A DNA stretch of 64,000 bases from Balanoglossus misakiensis (taxonomy: Eukaryota; Animalia; Hemichordata). The position numbers and the translations under genes were made by a program. Every line of letters starts with the position of its first letter. Within the stretch, counting starts at the first letter, position 1. The stretch is taken from the NCBI GenBank assembly GCA_040954595.2, contig CM082581.2:8781778-8845777 (forward strand), given 5' to 3'. Under the pieces are notes generated by a model that had not been told where the DNA came from, did not search any database, and was given only the letters and a program-made list of their open reading frames with translations. Positions 1 through 15,700 of this stretch are shown here, piece after piece.

Positions 1-3000
1 TACATCACGGACCGGCCAGCCAGCCAGCCAGTAAATAGAAAACAATCGACAAATATACTCATGATTGAAGCCGCGTGACTGCAAATTCATTGTGATGGGA
101 GAAATGAGCCCTCTAAAATGACTTTTATGTACGGGCCAATCATTGTATTTCCCCCGATAGCGATGGGTAATTGCCCCGTGACCATTCCACTTATAACCCC
201 CGTGTAATTAATTCCATGCATTTGCCAGCAACTTTTAGTACTCAGCATTTGTCTTTTTTTGGAAATTTCAAACTAATGGACGCGATGCCGACCTGACAAT
301 GCGACGAAGTAATTTTAGAGAGTAGAAATTTTTATGATGGTCTCTTCTGAAAATAGAACCCGGTCATAATTCAAATGCAGCCGCTATACGCAGCCGAGGA
401 CAAGTGGTTTTAGTCGGTGGAGAAAAAACCGCCCACCATAGATCGTCAATTCCCTCACGAACGCATCACGTACACCGTCCTGCAGCGACAATAGAAAATT
501 CAACCACATGTCTCACAATAGGCATATGGGGCTCGTGGTGCGTTTCTGGACTGAATTTAATGAACGATGTTTTGTGTGAAGTGAATTTATTCTCCAGAGT
601 CTAAAAAACACACATCTTTTTCGCACCGTACGGCCATGTCGGAAGTCTGCCAAACGCTGGCGCTGCGAGTTCGCTTTCGAGTGAGTGAATCTGTGTAGTG
701 ACATAACAATGTATGTCCTGGGTCACAAGAGGTCACGATTGAGTAGAGCGTCGTGTCATTTCGCGATTTTAATACATGTAACCCGCATACCTTTTGTCGA
801 TATCAGTTAAATTCAAGGCTAAACAGTCGATAGCAAATGCAGTTTCGTCGATATAGAAATATTCATGTTATACTAAACAATCTTTATGTGTTTTTTTCTG
901 CCCACTACAAATATTTAAGTTTAAATGCCAAAAATACCAAAAGTACTATACAGTGATATACATGTATAGTATTTTGTCATATATGCCGTATCTTGTTTTC
1001 CCCTCAGCGGTTAGCGAATAGACATGTCAAATAAAAGAAAAAAAAGTATGACTTATAGTATGCACAGACGGTTACCGCTTTAGAGACGTTATGGCGCTAA
1101 GCTCGTGTGAGACCTTCCGGTTTAAAACTACCGTCTGATGTAATTGGCACCGTCGCAGTTCAAACGAACGCGACCTAGAAAAAAACTGTATTCAGCAACA
1201 CGATAACGACTGTAAATGAGTGTTTAACCTCTTGCGTGCACCTAGAAAGCGGAGAACACCATTGGGAGAACACCATCCGCGGTATCATCTGTCAACGTGC
1301 GGAGTGTAAACATATCCTGGCGCAATAATCCATATCTGACAGACACGCCACCAGGATACACTCCCGCCGCCCATACACATCACCGAGCGGCGAGTGAAAT
1401 TATTGATGGCGCTGCGGTGCAGTCGTCAGGCCCGGAACCCACACAAACATGACATCAAAAATTAAATCGTCCAGATGTGCGATTTTAAATTTGGGCTCAT
1501 GTTTTTTTTGTTCGTGTGTTGGTTTTGTTGTGTAACTCATCATGGTGACTGGTGCGGTACTATGTGACAGGTATTCCCGCGAAGGCCAGAAACCAAAATA
1601 TGGGTTTCCGACGATAAAGTGGTGGATCGTGTCGAATCAACAGGCTTCCGCAACCTTAACAACCGAAGTATAAAAAACATCACTTCCATCACTGTCTGTG
1701 TGTGCTTTCATACTGGACCGGCAGTGTATTTTTGACTATATAAATTTCACGTTGTGTGTACAACTTAGTGGAGTCACATTTTACCATCGCATTTTTGACC
1801 TTTGGTATTAATTTGTGCGGGCAACCACGAAAATCGTCGACCGCCCACCGCCGGTACGCATCGTAAAACGCTCCATTATCGGAGATATCGATGGCTGTAA
1901 ATGTTCTTTCACAAAGTGACTGCATGTATCGAGCATTGGCGAGCGTCTATTCTCAGTTCTTGCTTTGCTCTGGATATTTAACTGGTCTCTGTCAGTAGTA
2001 TATGAGTTTAGCTACAATAGGAGAGAGAGAGAGTATATCTGGCTCGCAACCGTTCTGGAAAAAAGGGAGGTTGTAGAGGCCAGCATGAAATACATTACGG
2101 ACATAATATCTATATCTATATATGCTTCGTTTAAATTTAGCAAAACATTACAACTTAATCCTGGAAAGCAATGCTTGCAATTTTAGTCGTGTGTCTGTTC
2201 ATGTGCACTAGTAGCCTCCGGGTACATTCTTCACTCAACCCATATTGAAATGTGCATATCAATGAGCATCGCGTAGTCGACAGGCCGGATACTGTTTTTA
2301 TCATCAACCATGCAGACAACAGAACGTGCCAGTGAAATTACAATCGAAACGCAGACCAGAATTGAGAAATGTAATACTAAGTTACAGCTGCTGTATCTCC
2401 GCAACCTCTGTCAACAAGGTGAATTATCGATTTTTCGGGTGGAAAAGCAGTCAGTGTTTCCATAAATGTCCTCACAATAACACCACGTCAACTTTACCTG
2501 TAATCTGGCACAGCGTGTGAAACGAAGGAGATTTCTACTTCTCGTGAAATTCGTCCCATGGGACTGTCTACTTTGAAGTCATGCGCGCAGTGTGTGTTTG
2601 CCGAAAACATCCTAATATATTTCAGTTAGGTTTAAAGAGACGACAAATTTAGTTTATGGCGACGAGTACCTGTTCGTAATTTAATGTTCGCTCGCTGTCT
2701 GCGCATGTGCAGGCAGATTTCTTTTTTTCAATGGCCTCTCTTCTCCGCGTATCCGTCGAAAATGCAATGAGTTTGATCACTGGTCGAAAACCCATTACGC
2801 TTTTACTGTTCGTATTCGAGGCAATCTGGAAGGTTGAGAAGAACATGTGCTTTATACGCTTCAGCTGATAAGTATACGTCACACGTTCTGCCTAATCAGT
2901 AAATACGTGTGATGTTACCCTCCTACCAACACTCTCCTCTTACATGTAGTATTATCGTGTTTTTTTTAAACTGTTTATGGCGCAAATATATTTGCCAAGA

Positions 3001-6000
3001 AACCGACTTCAGTGTTTTTTGTATTTTTTAAGTGTAACTCATTCTTATTTTGCTAACCATATACTCCTAAGGCACTGATGTAGATGTATGCTGTGATCCT
3101 TGCGAATCAAATAAGACGAGACTTTAATACCGTCCGGTCGGTTGCCAAGGGCGACGTATAGACGCATCAAAACGTATCGCATGTTGGATTCGGTTTGAAA
3201 GATCGTGTCTGTTGAACGTAATATGACAGGTTAAGAACGCCCGAGTGGCTTCTGGGTCAGCTGTCTTGAAATCTGCTTCACATCTCGAATTAACCCAACT
3301 TAACCAGTTCCGCCTTCTCTTGTGCCGTTCATCACCGAGTAGTGACGTTTCTCGAATGGCTGCCCCCGCGGGCACTAATTACCCAACGTTTGATTCCAAA
3401 TAATCTGATAATACACTTATTTTGAGGACACTCTAATCAAGGAGTTAGCGTCGTATATCTTTCTTTCGTGTACTGAGGTTTCCCTTTTATGCTTGAGTTA
3501 CTCACTTGTGCACTGCCAGCCGCCGATGCGCGATTACTGAAATTCACACGGGCACGTTTGTTATTCCCAAGATTGCGCGCGCACATTTCATAATTGCGAC
3601 GCGGAGGGACACGTCTTACAAACGCCGTATAAATGATGCAAATGGTGTATCTCCAGCAAAAAACTGCCTTGTTGAGATATCATCGAGGTGCCAACGAGAT
3701 TAACATGTGCAGTGTTGAACATCCCAGATAGTGGCTAGGTTATAACATTTATTGCGCGTTATTTTCTGACACTATCAGTTATCTTAGTCTCGTTTTCCCC
3801 GCTCTACATAAACCTCCAAAATATCTGTCACGTGCGCACACTAGCAACTCAGACAACACTTGCTTACGAAGGGCAGCAGAGCAAAATTGACGATTCCGCG
3901 CCGCCACCGCGAGTAATTTTGTTTTTCCATCGTGCGAGCACGTTTGCGCGATCGGATGCCTGTGATTAGACCAAAACAAGCCCCTGTGACCTTACCTTTG
4001 AAACGTGGAAGATTAGGTACATGTTATTTCAGAGTGGGTCGTATTCTGATTGCTTGTATCGCGTTTCCCTTATAGCTTGAAAGGAGACTGAGGGGTGAGA
4101 AGGAAATCAAACACGACACAGATTTTCAATGTTCAACATATAAAATCTGCAACATTACCCGCCTGAATGGCGTGGCTAATAATTCAATTCTACGATTGCA
4201 TACATCGTTATTAATGCACACAAGCAACATTGCTATCGTCAGCATCACTTATGTAAAACCGATCCCGTCAACACAGACCACGTAGTTCCTGGAGGCAAGC
4301 GGCTGTTGATTGCATAGAGACCCAGCCAGGTGAGGTGACGTCATAGTAGTGAAATGGGGGTACTATATGCGATTAACGAGAAAAGAAATGTCTTGAACTG
4401 CGAAGTATAGATTCAGGACTGATCGGACAACTAATTGATGTGCCTCAGCTAGTTTTAATTCTGACTGTTTTAATACCGTCGAAACCAGACTTCGCAGTAT
4501 TCGGGCACATCGGCCCATGCGCATTATGAGTGTTGAGCAGTAAAAACCGAGCATATTTTAGCGAGCAGAACATAAATATCTCAGCAACAGAAACAAAAAT
4601 AACCAACACATTGTCAGAAGTTAACGACTGTCCCGTTTCACCAAATTGCTGAAACATACATGTAAATGGTACACTGAAGAGACTGTATGCGAGCTAGCGA
4701 TCGTTTGTGAACCACAAGTCAACCGGAAGTAGCGCCGACGCCATATTGGCTAATGAGAGAAACCCTGGTGTATTGGCATGGGAGGCGTTGTCCAAGGAAG
4801 AAACTGGTGGTGAATAATATTTTATTACCCTCGTATAGGTCCAGAAATGGGTAAAAATGAAACTGTATATGACGATCTCTTCTTAGCATAAAATATTCAG
4901 TACTCTGACCACGCTGCATATAGTTTAAATTGCGAAAAAACAATTTGCTCGGTAACAATTCTTTCCAATTAACTGTCTCCGGGGCTACTTAAAGTACTCT
5001 GCTCAGACAAATGCTCGTGAGGTTAGCCAGGTTCCCAGTTTAAGAAGAATTCATTTTGTACTATAGCACCTTAGCCCAGTGTCTGTCCGAGCCACATTAA
5101 TGGTATTGTAATTACCACGTCATAGTAGCGGGCCTTGGGGTAATCTTCAAAGACGTCGTGATGCCAACAGTATTAAGATTACCCCGATAAATGGCGGTCC
5201 GGCCCCCAGGCAAGCAGCTGCATATGCACGGGAAAACCGTAGTCGATTAATAACACAAGGATCAGCGCAGTTCTCTCTCGCATTTGGGGGAAAAAGAATC
5301 CTTTGGTTAAAGATCAGTCAACCGTAGATAAATTCGAAGTCCACATCTATCTTTTTTACACATTCAAAGCAGTCTTACCGGCTACACTTTTTCATCCAGC
5401 CCGGGCTTTGCCTTTCACTGCGGGGGGAGGGGGGGGGGGGGGTTAGACTGCAGGTTTCATTCTTTAATCTCGCAAAAGGTGGATAAAACACTATCACTAT
5501 CGTGTTTTAAGTACAACGACAGAATGTTGCCAGTATTGAGTAACAGATTATAATGATGCCAGTCTCACACAACCTTTTACAGAAGCATAATGTATACAGC
5601 GGACAGAAGCTGTGTCAAAAGGCTCAATCATTCCTCGCTAGCCATTCTTCTGATCTGCCACTTGATCCCGAGAGCTTGAACCGACGTACTTTTTTTCTGA
5701 TAAAACTTTGAATGGTGTGAAAATTGACAATATGCCATCACTCATCAACGATATTTATACCTCCATTTCTATTTTTTCTGGAACTCGCTGATGAATGAGA
5801 TCCGCGCACAAGTACGTGTAAATTCACTACAACGGTCACATATTGATACTGTGGTCGACTCATTTGTGGCTGAAAACCCAACCAGTTCTTCAATTCGTCA
5901 GCGTGTAATTTGGTTAGGTCGAATTCCATTCCATTAACCTCAGTGAATACGTACTTGCGTGTTCATACGACCATCATCTAGGACACACCAACTTGACTAT

Positions 6001-9000
6001 CGTTTCACTGGTTCTACGCCATTGTCACGATTCTGCCCTTTAACAAAAACAGGCATCGTAAAACATCACTGGTTATAGGCTATCTTATTTGTGAGGGGAA
6101 AGTCGGTTACAACCTTGTGCGTGGGCGTCGCCTATAGCGACAGCATCTTTAATTTTTGGCCTTTTTGGTGCAAGACACTTTTCCCGAAAGGCAATATTGT
6201 GTTTAATGAGAGGTTGGTGCAGTTTGTTGAGAAATAAAGTATTACAGGGTTTACGGCGTTGGACTAAATTGGAACTATTTTGCAGTAATTGGGCGCGGAT
6301 AGAATGTGTGCAAATCTCAATAGCGTACGTTGTATACTAAGCACCCAATGTATTTTTCGTTTCGTGTTGTTTAAACACTGGCAAAACATCACATTCTAAA
6401 AATACACCTAATACTAATAGACCGCCATTTTAATTTATTCAAATATACAATTTACATAATGTTCTTTTGAACGCTGTTGCCATTATGCTCCATGCTAGTT
6501 ATTTATGTGAAATTCGTAGGAACAAACAATAAACAATGTGTCACGATAATTATGATGTATGATTCTATGAGATGTAATGTTACCTCTAAACCACCTCATC
6601 GCTACATTATTAATCACGTACATCTAACAAGCGTTTCGAATACAACGTTAACGCTTTTAACTGCAGTGTGTGTAATAGAGATCTTTACTGGCCTCCATGC
6701 GGGCAAGAGGAATATTTTAATCTGTCCGGTTTTTGTAACACGTGTCTGCAGCAGGCTCGGTTAGCCAGGGAAAGTTGTTTTTGGCAACATCGTGACAGTG
6801 GGCTTTGAATCGTGATGCAGTTAAATTTGTAAAATTTGCCACTCGGGAACGAACAGTCGACTTGTGTGTTCGCTGTATACAGCCGTATCACTCTGTTCAC
6901 TGTGACATGCTGTAGGATGTTGAAGGGGCCAATTTTGCATGACGTACATTGTATAAAACATAAACACATGTCCAATTAAATGGCGAGGGTTTTAAAACTG
7001 AAAAAACATAGACACCTTATTGAAGACCATCTGTTCGATATTATTTTTTTTTCAATGGACCATACAGCGTCAAAACAGCGGTCTGAAAAATATGCAAATC
7101 GATTTTTTGCGAGAAGTTGTTAACTTAATCCTTACAACGCTGTAAGCATATACAGCTTAAGGATTGACAAGTTGCCACCTACGAAGATGATAAAATGAGA
7201 ATCCCATTTGTTTTGGGTTATTTCAGAGGAAAAGTGGCATAATATCACGTGTGCTCTATTAGGCGTGACACACTGAGTGGCATTTTTATGCTCAGCCATA
7301 AGGATACGGCAGATTTAGTTTGCACCGGTGTCTATAAAATTGATTAATTACCCAAAATGTGCAGGGTGCCTTGGATATGCAAATGGCAATACTGCTTATG
7401 CAAATAGTTTGCTGTTAAGTTCACTGAAATCATTCGTCATACTTGCATAATGTAGATTAAGTTCCACTCATTGACAAAATGACAAGCCCTTGTCCGCGCA
7501 CTGTTTAATATGCAAGCGCGAAGTACATGTACCATGCATGAAACGGTATGTGTTTAAGTCACATACTTGAAGAACCTATCTTTATGGTATCATTTCCCAG
7601 ACGCTATTAAACACAAAAGATAGCAAAATGAGATATTTTCTACCAGTATAAATTTTACAATGGCGAGGAATGCTTCCTATAATAGTTTTCTATACTGAAC
7701 GCTGAAGAAAATATAACCTCTATATGTATCACTGGTGTATTGTCAGTGCAGGAAACACGGAAGCGGTTGTTCAAGTAACCTGTAGCGATGCAATGACCTC
7801 TTTGCTTAGCGAGAAATCATTTACATGTATACCCTCCGGAGGACACGACTGCTATGTAATCATTTACATATGTATGGTATGAAGTGAACCCGCCGAACGT
7901 TTAGTCACCATGCTGTATGCAATTACGCCCGTTTAATCTGTGTGTGCTCGGGGAGATTGGAGTACGGTGTGGTTATGCGTATGCCGTTAAACCACCATGC
8001 CATTATCACCTCGAAAAATAACATGTTGTAGACAAACGTGGGTGATGGTGACGTCATTCCTGGGCCATGCAGCCAACCGAGAGATTACGATTTTCAAATA
8101 ACCTGATGATTAACCGTTATAGAACATAATAGGCCTAAACGTTACCCCGTAAAAATAGGTGTTCGTTTCTTGCTGGGTGGAAGAAAATTGAAATGTTGTT
8201 CTCTGGATAGTCGGCCTTTTTACATTAAAAAAAGAAAGACGAACAAGAGTCCACTTAGCAGAATTTGATATCCAGAGACGAGAATTTCTATGCAAATTAC
8301 CCATTGGAAAGTGAAGTTAGTTGCCTGTAGTCAGTCGTGTCTGGCGAGCGCGGGAATCAAATGTCATGACGTCTAAAGTCAACACCTTTGCATGTGTATC
8401 GTCGGCAGAGATTCAGGTCGACTTTTGTCATTTGATACAAACGACGGGTTTACTGTCGCTTTTTTTAACGCGAATGAGATGAAATTGTACAAATCAAAGA
8501 GCCAAACCTTGATTAATGACGTCATTATAACGCCTCGAAAAAAGGCGGTGGGTGGTTTTACTAGTAAGGTGCCTAAACGATTTTTAAAATTGAGCGATTT
8601 TAGTACTAGTGTCAATTTTAAGTCGTCAAGCGCGGTAGACATTCTGTGTAGTCCCCGCGACTAGCGAGAGCCGAGAATAAACGAAGCAAATTACCCTAAG
8701 GGAGCGACGTGCCATGGTTAATACCTACCGTCCCCCATTTTCTAGATGCGAATGAATGCTGAGGTAAACCATATTTTTGGTCCAACAGATGGAAACCCCA
8801 TAAAGAGGAAGACATTTTTTTGGCATCGGCCAGGAGACATAAATTGGAACCGCCACGATTTCTGCAATCAAGTGGTTTGAATGAAATCTGCCAAAGAAAA
8901 CACGCGTCCAAATAGCCTTTTTTAACAGCCACAGCCGTATCTCAACGAATACCAGAAAGTCTACCACAATTATTGTTAACATACAGTAAATATTTTAATA

Positions 9001-10790
9001 GCGTAAAAACTTTTCAAATATTTTACTACTAGACAAATGCAGTAAATTCTATGCTTTATGGTTGGTAGGGAAATGGTCATAACACAAACTTTAGCGGTAA
9101 TATTTGAATAGGGCCCAATAAAAGATTGATCAACCGTAAGGAAGAAGTTTGAAGAGTAATATAATATATGTAACTGGCGGCTGGTACTGCTTTATGGTAT
9201 AGGTCGCAGCTTTGTCTCGTGAAAAAAATCGTCAATAAAATGTTACAAATATTGTGTACTTTTTATGAAGTAAAACTGCGTAGTCAGCCTTTGGTGGAGA
9301 AAGGTTACAATTTTGTTTCCAGGGTCACCATGTTGTTGGGCAGGGCATATGGATTTTACCCTTTGTAATGCATTTTTCCTGAACGATCTCCAATATAAAT
9401 ATTTGTTTGCATCTATATGTTTTGGTACTTGTAGCTGAAGCCGGAAATTGCCATGACCGATTCCATATTTTCTATATATTATAAAAAGAGTTCATAAGTA
9501 CACTCTTTTGGGTCTATGACGTAGGAAACAAAAATGAATGCGTTTAACTTGCGTAGTTACGGAACCGTATGTACCCTATAGTAGCGAAAGTTATTGAGCG
9601 AACGCCCTAGGTTTAAGGACAGCGGGTTACTTTCGTTTGATGGGCAAAAAACGTCAATTATTAATATCCACATCAGCCAATAGGGCATTCGTTCCTATGG
9701 GCCCTTGGTGTTTTAAGTTTATCAGCCAAAAGTTTGCTGCCCCCTGAAGAGAGAAGGGCAGCCCAATAAGTATTCCACTGTTAGTGAACTGTTGTTAACC
9801 CGGGCGATCACAACATTTAACTTGGAAGACAGAACGATGCCGTTTGAATCGACGCAGTTGTGCCAAATGGACATAAAAGTGGACAATAAAACTTATGATC
9901 ATATCAATATTGTATAGAACCCCGCATAGAGATGATATCTTTTCATATTCGTAATCCCGCTTCGTGCATGCCTCCATTAAGGAGTGTGATTCAACATTTA
10001 ATGTTTTTTTGTGACGCGCTGCAGTTGGTCTATCGATGTTTTCATCTTTGAGACCATTTTCCGCGTTTCAATCCACCATAAATAGAATCGGACAAAATGC
10101 GGGTATGGCAGTGACGAACAGGGCTGGCTTGAAACGTTTGCTAACGTCATCCACTGTACCTGCCAGGTTTAAGGCCAGTGACTCATTCTAAACCTCGGTC
10201 TATCATTCACTCACGGTGATGGGAACATGCCCTTGACTTGCACAACCGTAAACGACACGTTCTGGGTCGTAAATGTCACCACTACGAAAAGAAACAGGAT
10301 GTCCATCAATCAACAGTATCTATTTCGGTTCAATCTCTCCCCCCCCCCCTACCCCCCAAAAACATCCAAGCAATCATGACGTGCACTCTGACGCAAACCT
10401 AAATGGAAAGTAATCTGAAAATGTATTCATTGAAAATTCGTCAACCTTTATCTCACTCATCGGATGCTACCTGTGTTTTTCTTCTGCTGTTGCTATGACA
10501 GCATCGCAACCGATATTACAACATCTCTATTGCATCCATTATCCTTTAAACGAATTAAATTATTCGAATGGGCTTCTGCTCACACCAGCGGCAGACATTT
10601 GAACGTTATGGCATCTTGGTATTTGAGTACTCGGCAAACAAGAACTCCAGCTGCAGCTGCGTTCCGAGTCAGCCGTGGGATGAATTGCGCTCACAAAGTG
10701 CTTTCCAGATCAACACTCGGAGTGAAAATGGTTCTCAGCCGATTGACTTTGTTTGTTGTAGTTTTACTTCACAGTATATGGCTGTTATCG

Positions 10791-10855
10791 CAGCAACCAC
10801 CACCACCACCAGCACAACAACAACAACCAGAAAACAGCAGCCACCACCACCATTA
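10791..10855. repeat. Imperfect (CAC)/(CAA)/(CAG) trinucleotide microsatellite
   Basis: cagcaaccaccaccaccaccagcacaacaacaacaacc...ccaccaccaccat. Confidence 0.85.
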
Positions 10856-11400
10856 CAATTATGACCCTCAATATCATCATTCCATGCATAACGACCACCA
10901 ACCCCACCACCAGCCACGCCCTTCTTGCGGAAATAAAAATAGTAAAATAATACTATTTTTCCGGCCTTAGTACTCACTGACTTATTTATTTTACTTTTTT
11001 TATCAGGTAGCAAAATAAGACAATTACATGTAGTCACATGGAATCCCTTCATTTTATATCGATTTCCTACAATGGCGTTACTATAATCAACCAAAGTCAG
11101 TGTCAATTTTCCTGGAATAACCCAAAGTGAACAGGCAAAAATGTAAAGGCGAAGACTTTCTTTCTAAGTATTGTGACATGCACGGCCCCAGGTGTTGCCA
11201 CTAACTGTTTGCCAGGATGTTTGACGAAAGAGAATTTAATATAACTTTAATTGTACGCATATCGATTTCCCATGCCCCATTTTATTCCCGCCAAGTTATT
11301 ACGATGTATTTTTCCCTAGAGTATTCGTTTAGCCGGGGCGCGGGCATATATCCATAACGGGTCAGGCAAACTAACCATATCATTTTATGGTTAGGTCATA

Positions 11401-11653
<253 letters not shown>

Positions 11654-12470
11654 ATAAGAATACGACGGTGTTACTTTGCTACTACAACTATATGGCATGC
11701 TGTTACTAATAGCGAGAGGAAATGACGTGACCATCAGTGAACTCAGTGAAGCAATCAGGCTCTGCTCAAGTGTCACCAATTATATCTGCAGACATGCAGC
11801 AGTGATGTCACGTGCTCATTTGGCCGAAAGTGGGTCGGCTCGATGGGTTCTTTGCTGCACTTACCACCGTCAATCAGTAACCTAAGTGAGGTTCAATGGA
11901 ATTAAAGTACATGAGACTTTCTTGCAAGGGTTTAGTTCAAGTGCCATCGGCCATAAAAAAAGGGACCTCCCTAGCAAATGGATAAACAGCAAAATCAATT
12001 TCCGACGCGAAAAAGTAGAATGACCTCTCTGTTATCAAATACAACATTAACTCGGATGATTACGAGCTTCCCACGACACACACAAATTGTCAGCGTTGAA
12101 GACGTAAGCATTTTCTTAGAGGTCTTGAAGTGGGAGAATAAGTAACGGGGGCTTGCGAGCTTCACTTTAAATAAAGCGAATGGAAACCTTAAATAACATA
12201 GTTCATGCTAATTTATACATTAGTTACATAGCAAACTGTAGCCAATTAACCTTTTTCTCAGAAGCGCTTATCAGGAATAATCACAGTACGCTTACATGCC
12301 GTAACTATGGCGTCCCCTTGTACAAATTCGAGTACCATATATACCAACACACACAATGTATAGACGGCGAAGGGTCCAATAATGCCCATGTGATTTATAT
12401 GTAATTGATTCACTAGATATCATGTTATGATGCCAGAAGGCTAGAACGAGCCGAACGTGGGTATGTGCAC

Positions 12471-12740
12471 ATCTGTTACGGTTGGTGCGAAGTCAAAGGT
12501 CGACCCAGATTTGTAATTAAAAGTGTTAAATGTGTCGATAATCTCGCCCAATCGTGAAAGTGGTAAATGGCAACTTGGAAAGTTGCATAACCAAAATGTT
12601 CATTTATCTGTTACGGTTGGTGCAAAGTCAAAGGTCGACCCAGATTTGTAATTAAAAGTGTTAAATGTGTCGATAATCTCGCCCAATCGTGAAAGTGGCA
12701 AATGGCATCTTGGAAAGTTGCATAACCAAAACGTTCATTT
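12471..12740. repeat. 135-bp tandem direct duplication (2 copies, 4 mismatches)
   Basis: atctgttacggttggtgc...gttcattt at 12471-12605 and 12606-12740. Confidence 0.95.
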
Positions 12741-15700
12741 ATTTTCAGCTTTCAAAACGGCATATTATCCTCACGTTTGTTTCCATTGACTCCTGGCATC
12801 ACAGTTTCGGTAATTCACATTGCTGCCTGCCGAGGACAATATCGTGCTGGAACTACAACACTTACTATGCGACAAAACGAAAAGAGCCCATGACCAAACC
12901 TAGTGGATGACCAAACCCTGTGGACACCGGTCAGAAAAAACAGAAGGTTGTGTCTAAAGGTTTGTCATAAGTTTTGTATCTACTTCGCCATTTTCATAGT
13001 TAAAGGTTTTGACACAGAGCGCTTTATGCAAATAGATCGACGGAGCTGAGGTGTTTGTTGGAAGTACCGGTACCAATTATCACATCGATCATCCGCGCGT
13101 CATAAACGCAGCCATCACTTCTCGTGTCCCGGGGCGCGCCGAGCGAAAACTCCCGCAGATAGTATAGCAATTCATCGAACCCATCTAGTGCTTGTTTAAT
13201 ATCTCCATTCTTCCGCGTGCGTGAGCGTGGAGGCCCTACGCGGTGGATATAGAAGACCCCTATTTGTCGCGACATTACTACATACCTCCGAAATGGAGAC
13301 GTGGACACCTCAAGCTGGGCGATGACGGATTCAGTTACCGATGAAATGATCGGCAAAAAAGTAACACACGGAGACAACTTGCGAATGTTTCTATAACGTT
13401 TCGCAGTCTTGTCAAAACAATTTCTCCTGATGGGCGACCGAAGATAGAGCGATGCCTGCTGTTTAATTCCAAAGGTGAAGACTAATGGTATGCCATTTGG
13501 TCGATGAAAAACAACACCGTGTGTAACACGCGTACACATGAACATTGAATATCACATTCCATTCGCATGTTGCAGTCAATTCACTATGGATATCGCGATG
13601 TTTTCAAAGGAAAGTGATCTTTCTCCCTATAATTATTTTGAATGGAGACGTCGCATCTCTGGGCATTCAATGTACCGTTATAAGTTCACATGAGGTGTCG
13701 ACTTGAATAGCACACATACACATATACCAACAGAAATACACAGAGGTTAAAATCCTCGTCGTGTCACAAGAAAAGAAAAGACACCACCGTTTATGATGCA
13801 AAATAGCACACCTGGATACCGATTGAATATGCTACATTTGCGTATTCACGCGTGTACTGTTCACAGCGAATAAACGTTTTCATAGTCTGCGGGTTATATA
13901 ATTTCTCGTGTATTTGCGATGTTATGCGATATCTAGCAACATTGAAACAGAAACGGATGTTTTCATGCCAGCGTATTTGAGACAGTCGCCTTTACGCTAG
14001 TCCACATCAGTACACCGTTCTATTGAGGAAAACTGTAATTAATGCTTTCAAATGTAGTCTGCACACAGCGTTCAAATCTGCAATTTTATGTGTACAAGGG
14101 AAGGCAGATGTGTCTGTAGTAGTCTCTCACATACGGAATGGGTCCTTGACTAGGGTATAGCCATGGTAATTTAATCTACGATGCATTAAGTAACGGGGGT
14201 CTTGGACTTAATCAACTGGTTACAATCTATATAACGTGCCTCAGGGACGAGACTAGTCAAATGACCAGGAAAAGGCCTTTAAATGGGGCGTGTGGTAGTC
14301 AGGAGAAATCGGGGAGTTTCCCACCTTCCCAATTATTCCTCAGAGTCTCCTTGTCGTGGCGTAAAAATGGGATAAATTCAGTAGAGCGATCGGGATCGTT
14401 GACAGACGGCAAAGTCTATAAAGCGAAAGCGCATATTTTATATTATTTCCGTTGTTTGGCGACACTCAAAATGTATCGGAAATAATCTCGGTTGGTATTA
14501 AATGACATTTTAAATGCAATGCCGTCGGTAACGGGAAACACTTAATGTAATAATTTTATGCTCTTGGGAGATGGGCAGAATGGAAATGGGAAAATAGGTG
14601 GGCTCGGTTCATGGTCGTGGAGTAGAAACTGTCCATCAATTTAAAATGCGGTGTTTGCGGTGTGGGGATTTGGTTACACATACAATGTAGAGTAGTAGAA
14701 TGAGTGTTTCATTTATCAATTGTGCAACGTCCTTACATGTATGCCGTGCCTTACTTATTTGCATAGTCGTTTCCGTGTTTCGATTACAAAAAAACTGCCA
14801 AGGCCGAACACCAAAGGTACAGGGACAATTGTTCGGTTTACAGAGGTATCTGGTTTATGAAGGTCATGAACACAGTTCCCTACGTGAGATGAACTTGATA
14901 ATGTGTTAAGTATAGACATGTGTCCATATTTACATGTAGGCTTGATTTTTTAAAGCGTCGCTGTGGTTCGATTATCTACTTAAAATGAAAAAAATAACTG
15001 GCGTTCCCAGGGGATGTTGGAACAATTATATAATATAATGCGAAGTTATGCGAATTAACAATTACCAGGCCGATCGAGGCAGGCGTACGAGTAGGTCGAT
15101 CAATACACAGGACAGGAATTTCATCACCACAGCAAAGATCTGTGAACCATACCCCTTTTGTGATAGGTGCATATTATGCAATGCTTATAAATACATGTAC
15201 ATAATAGGAGTACAGGAATCAGGAATGTCTACGAGCGGGCGATTAGCTTTTGATACACAAGCGTGAAATATCTGCATCATCCATTCTCTTGTAATTTACC
15301 GTTATTCCAATTGATGATCTCTTTTTGATCGATTGGCTGGCCTAATAACCCTAGCCATTCATACGCGGCAATATGTAACGGCGCTAAGGGTTACCCATGG
15401 TTATTGCTGCTTTTTTTTCGTGAACTGATCAATCACTTCACGCTCCGATTAGAAATTCGTCATGACATCACACATTTCACAAGCAACACTGATAGTCGAG
15501 ACGGTGGCCCGTGTCGCTTTGTTGGCATAATATCAGCTGCGTGTTGCGGTTTACACTTCGGTCAACATCATTAAATTAGCTTTTATGGAAAGTCTGCGGA
15601 GGATGTGTCCATCTGTGGGCCTGTAATGTCAATGACCAGTCAGTTTGTATCTAGTTAGACGAGTATGCGCGCTTTTATTTCTATGCGTAAACATTAATAA

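Noticed and set aside
10464-11106. 168-aa Pro/Gln/His-rich ORF and overlapping ORFs
   Set aside because: Kept open by trinucleotide low complexity; no domain and no convincing splice context.
13024-13545. 173-aa minus-strand ORF
   Set aside because: No recognisable motif or exon context; compatible with chance.
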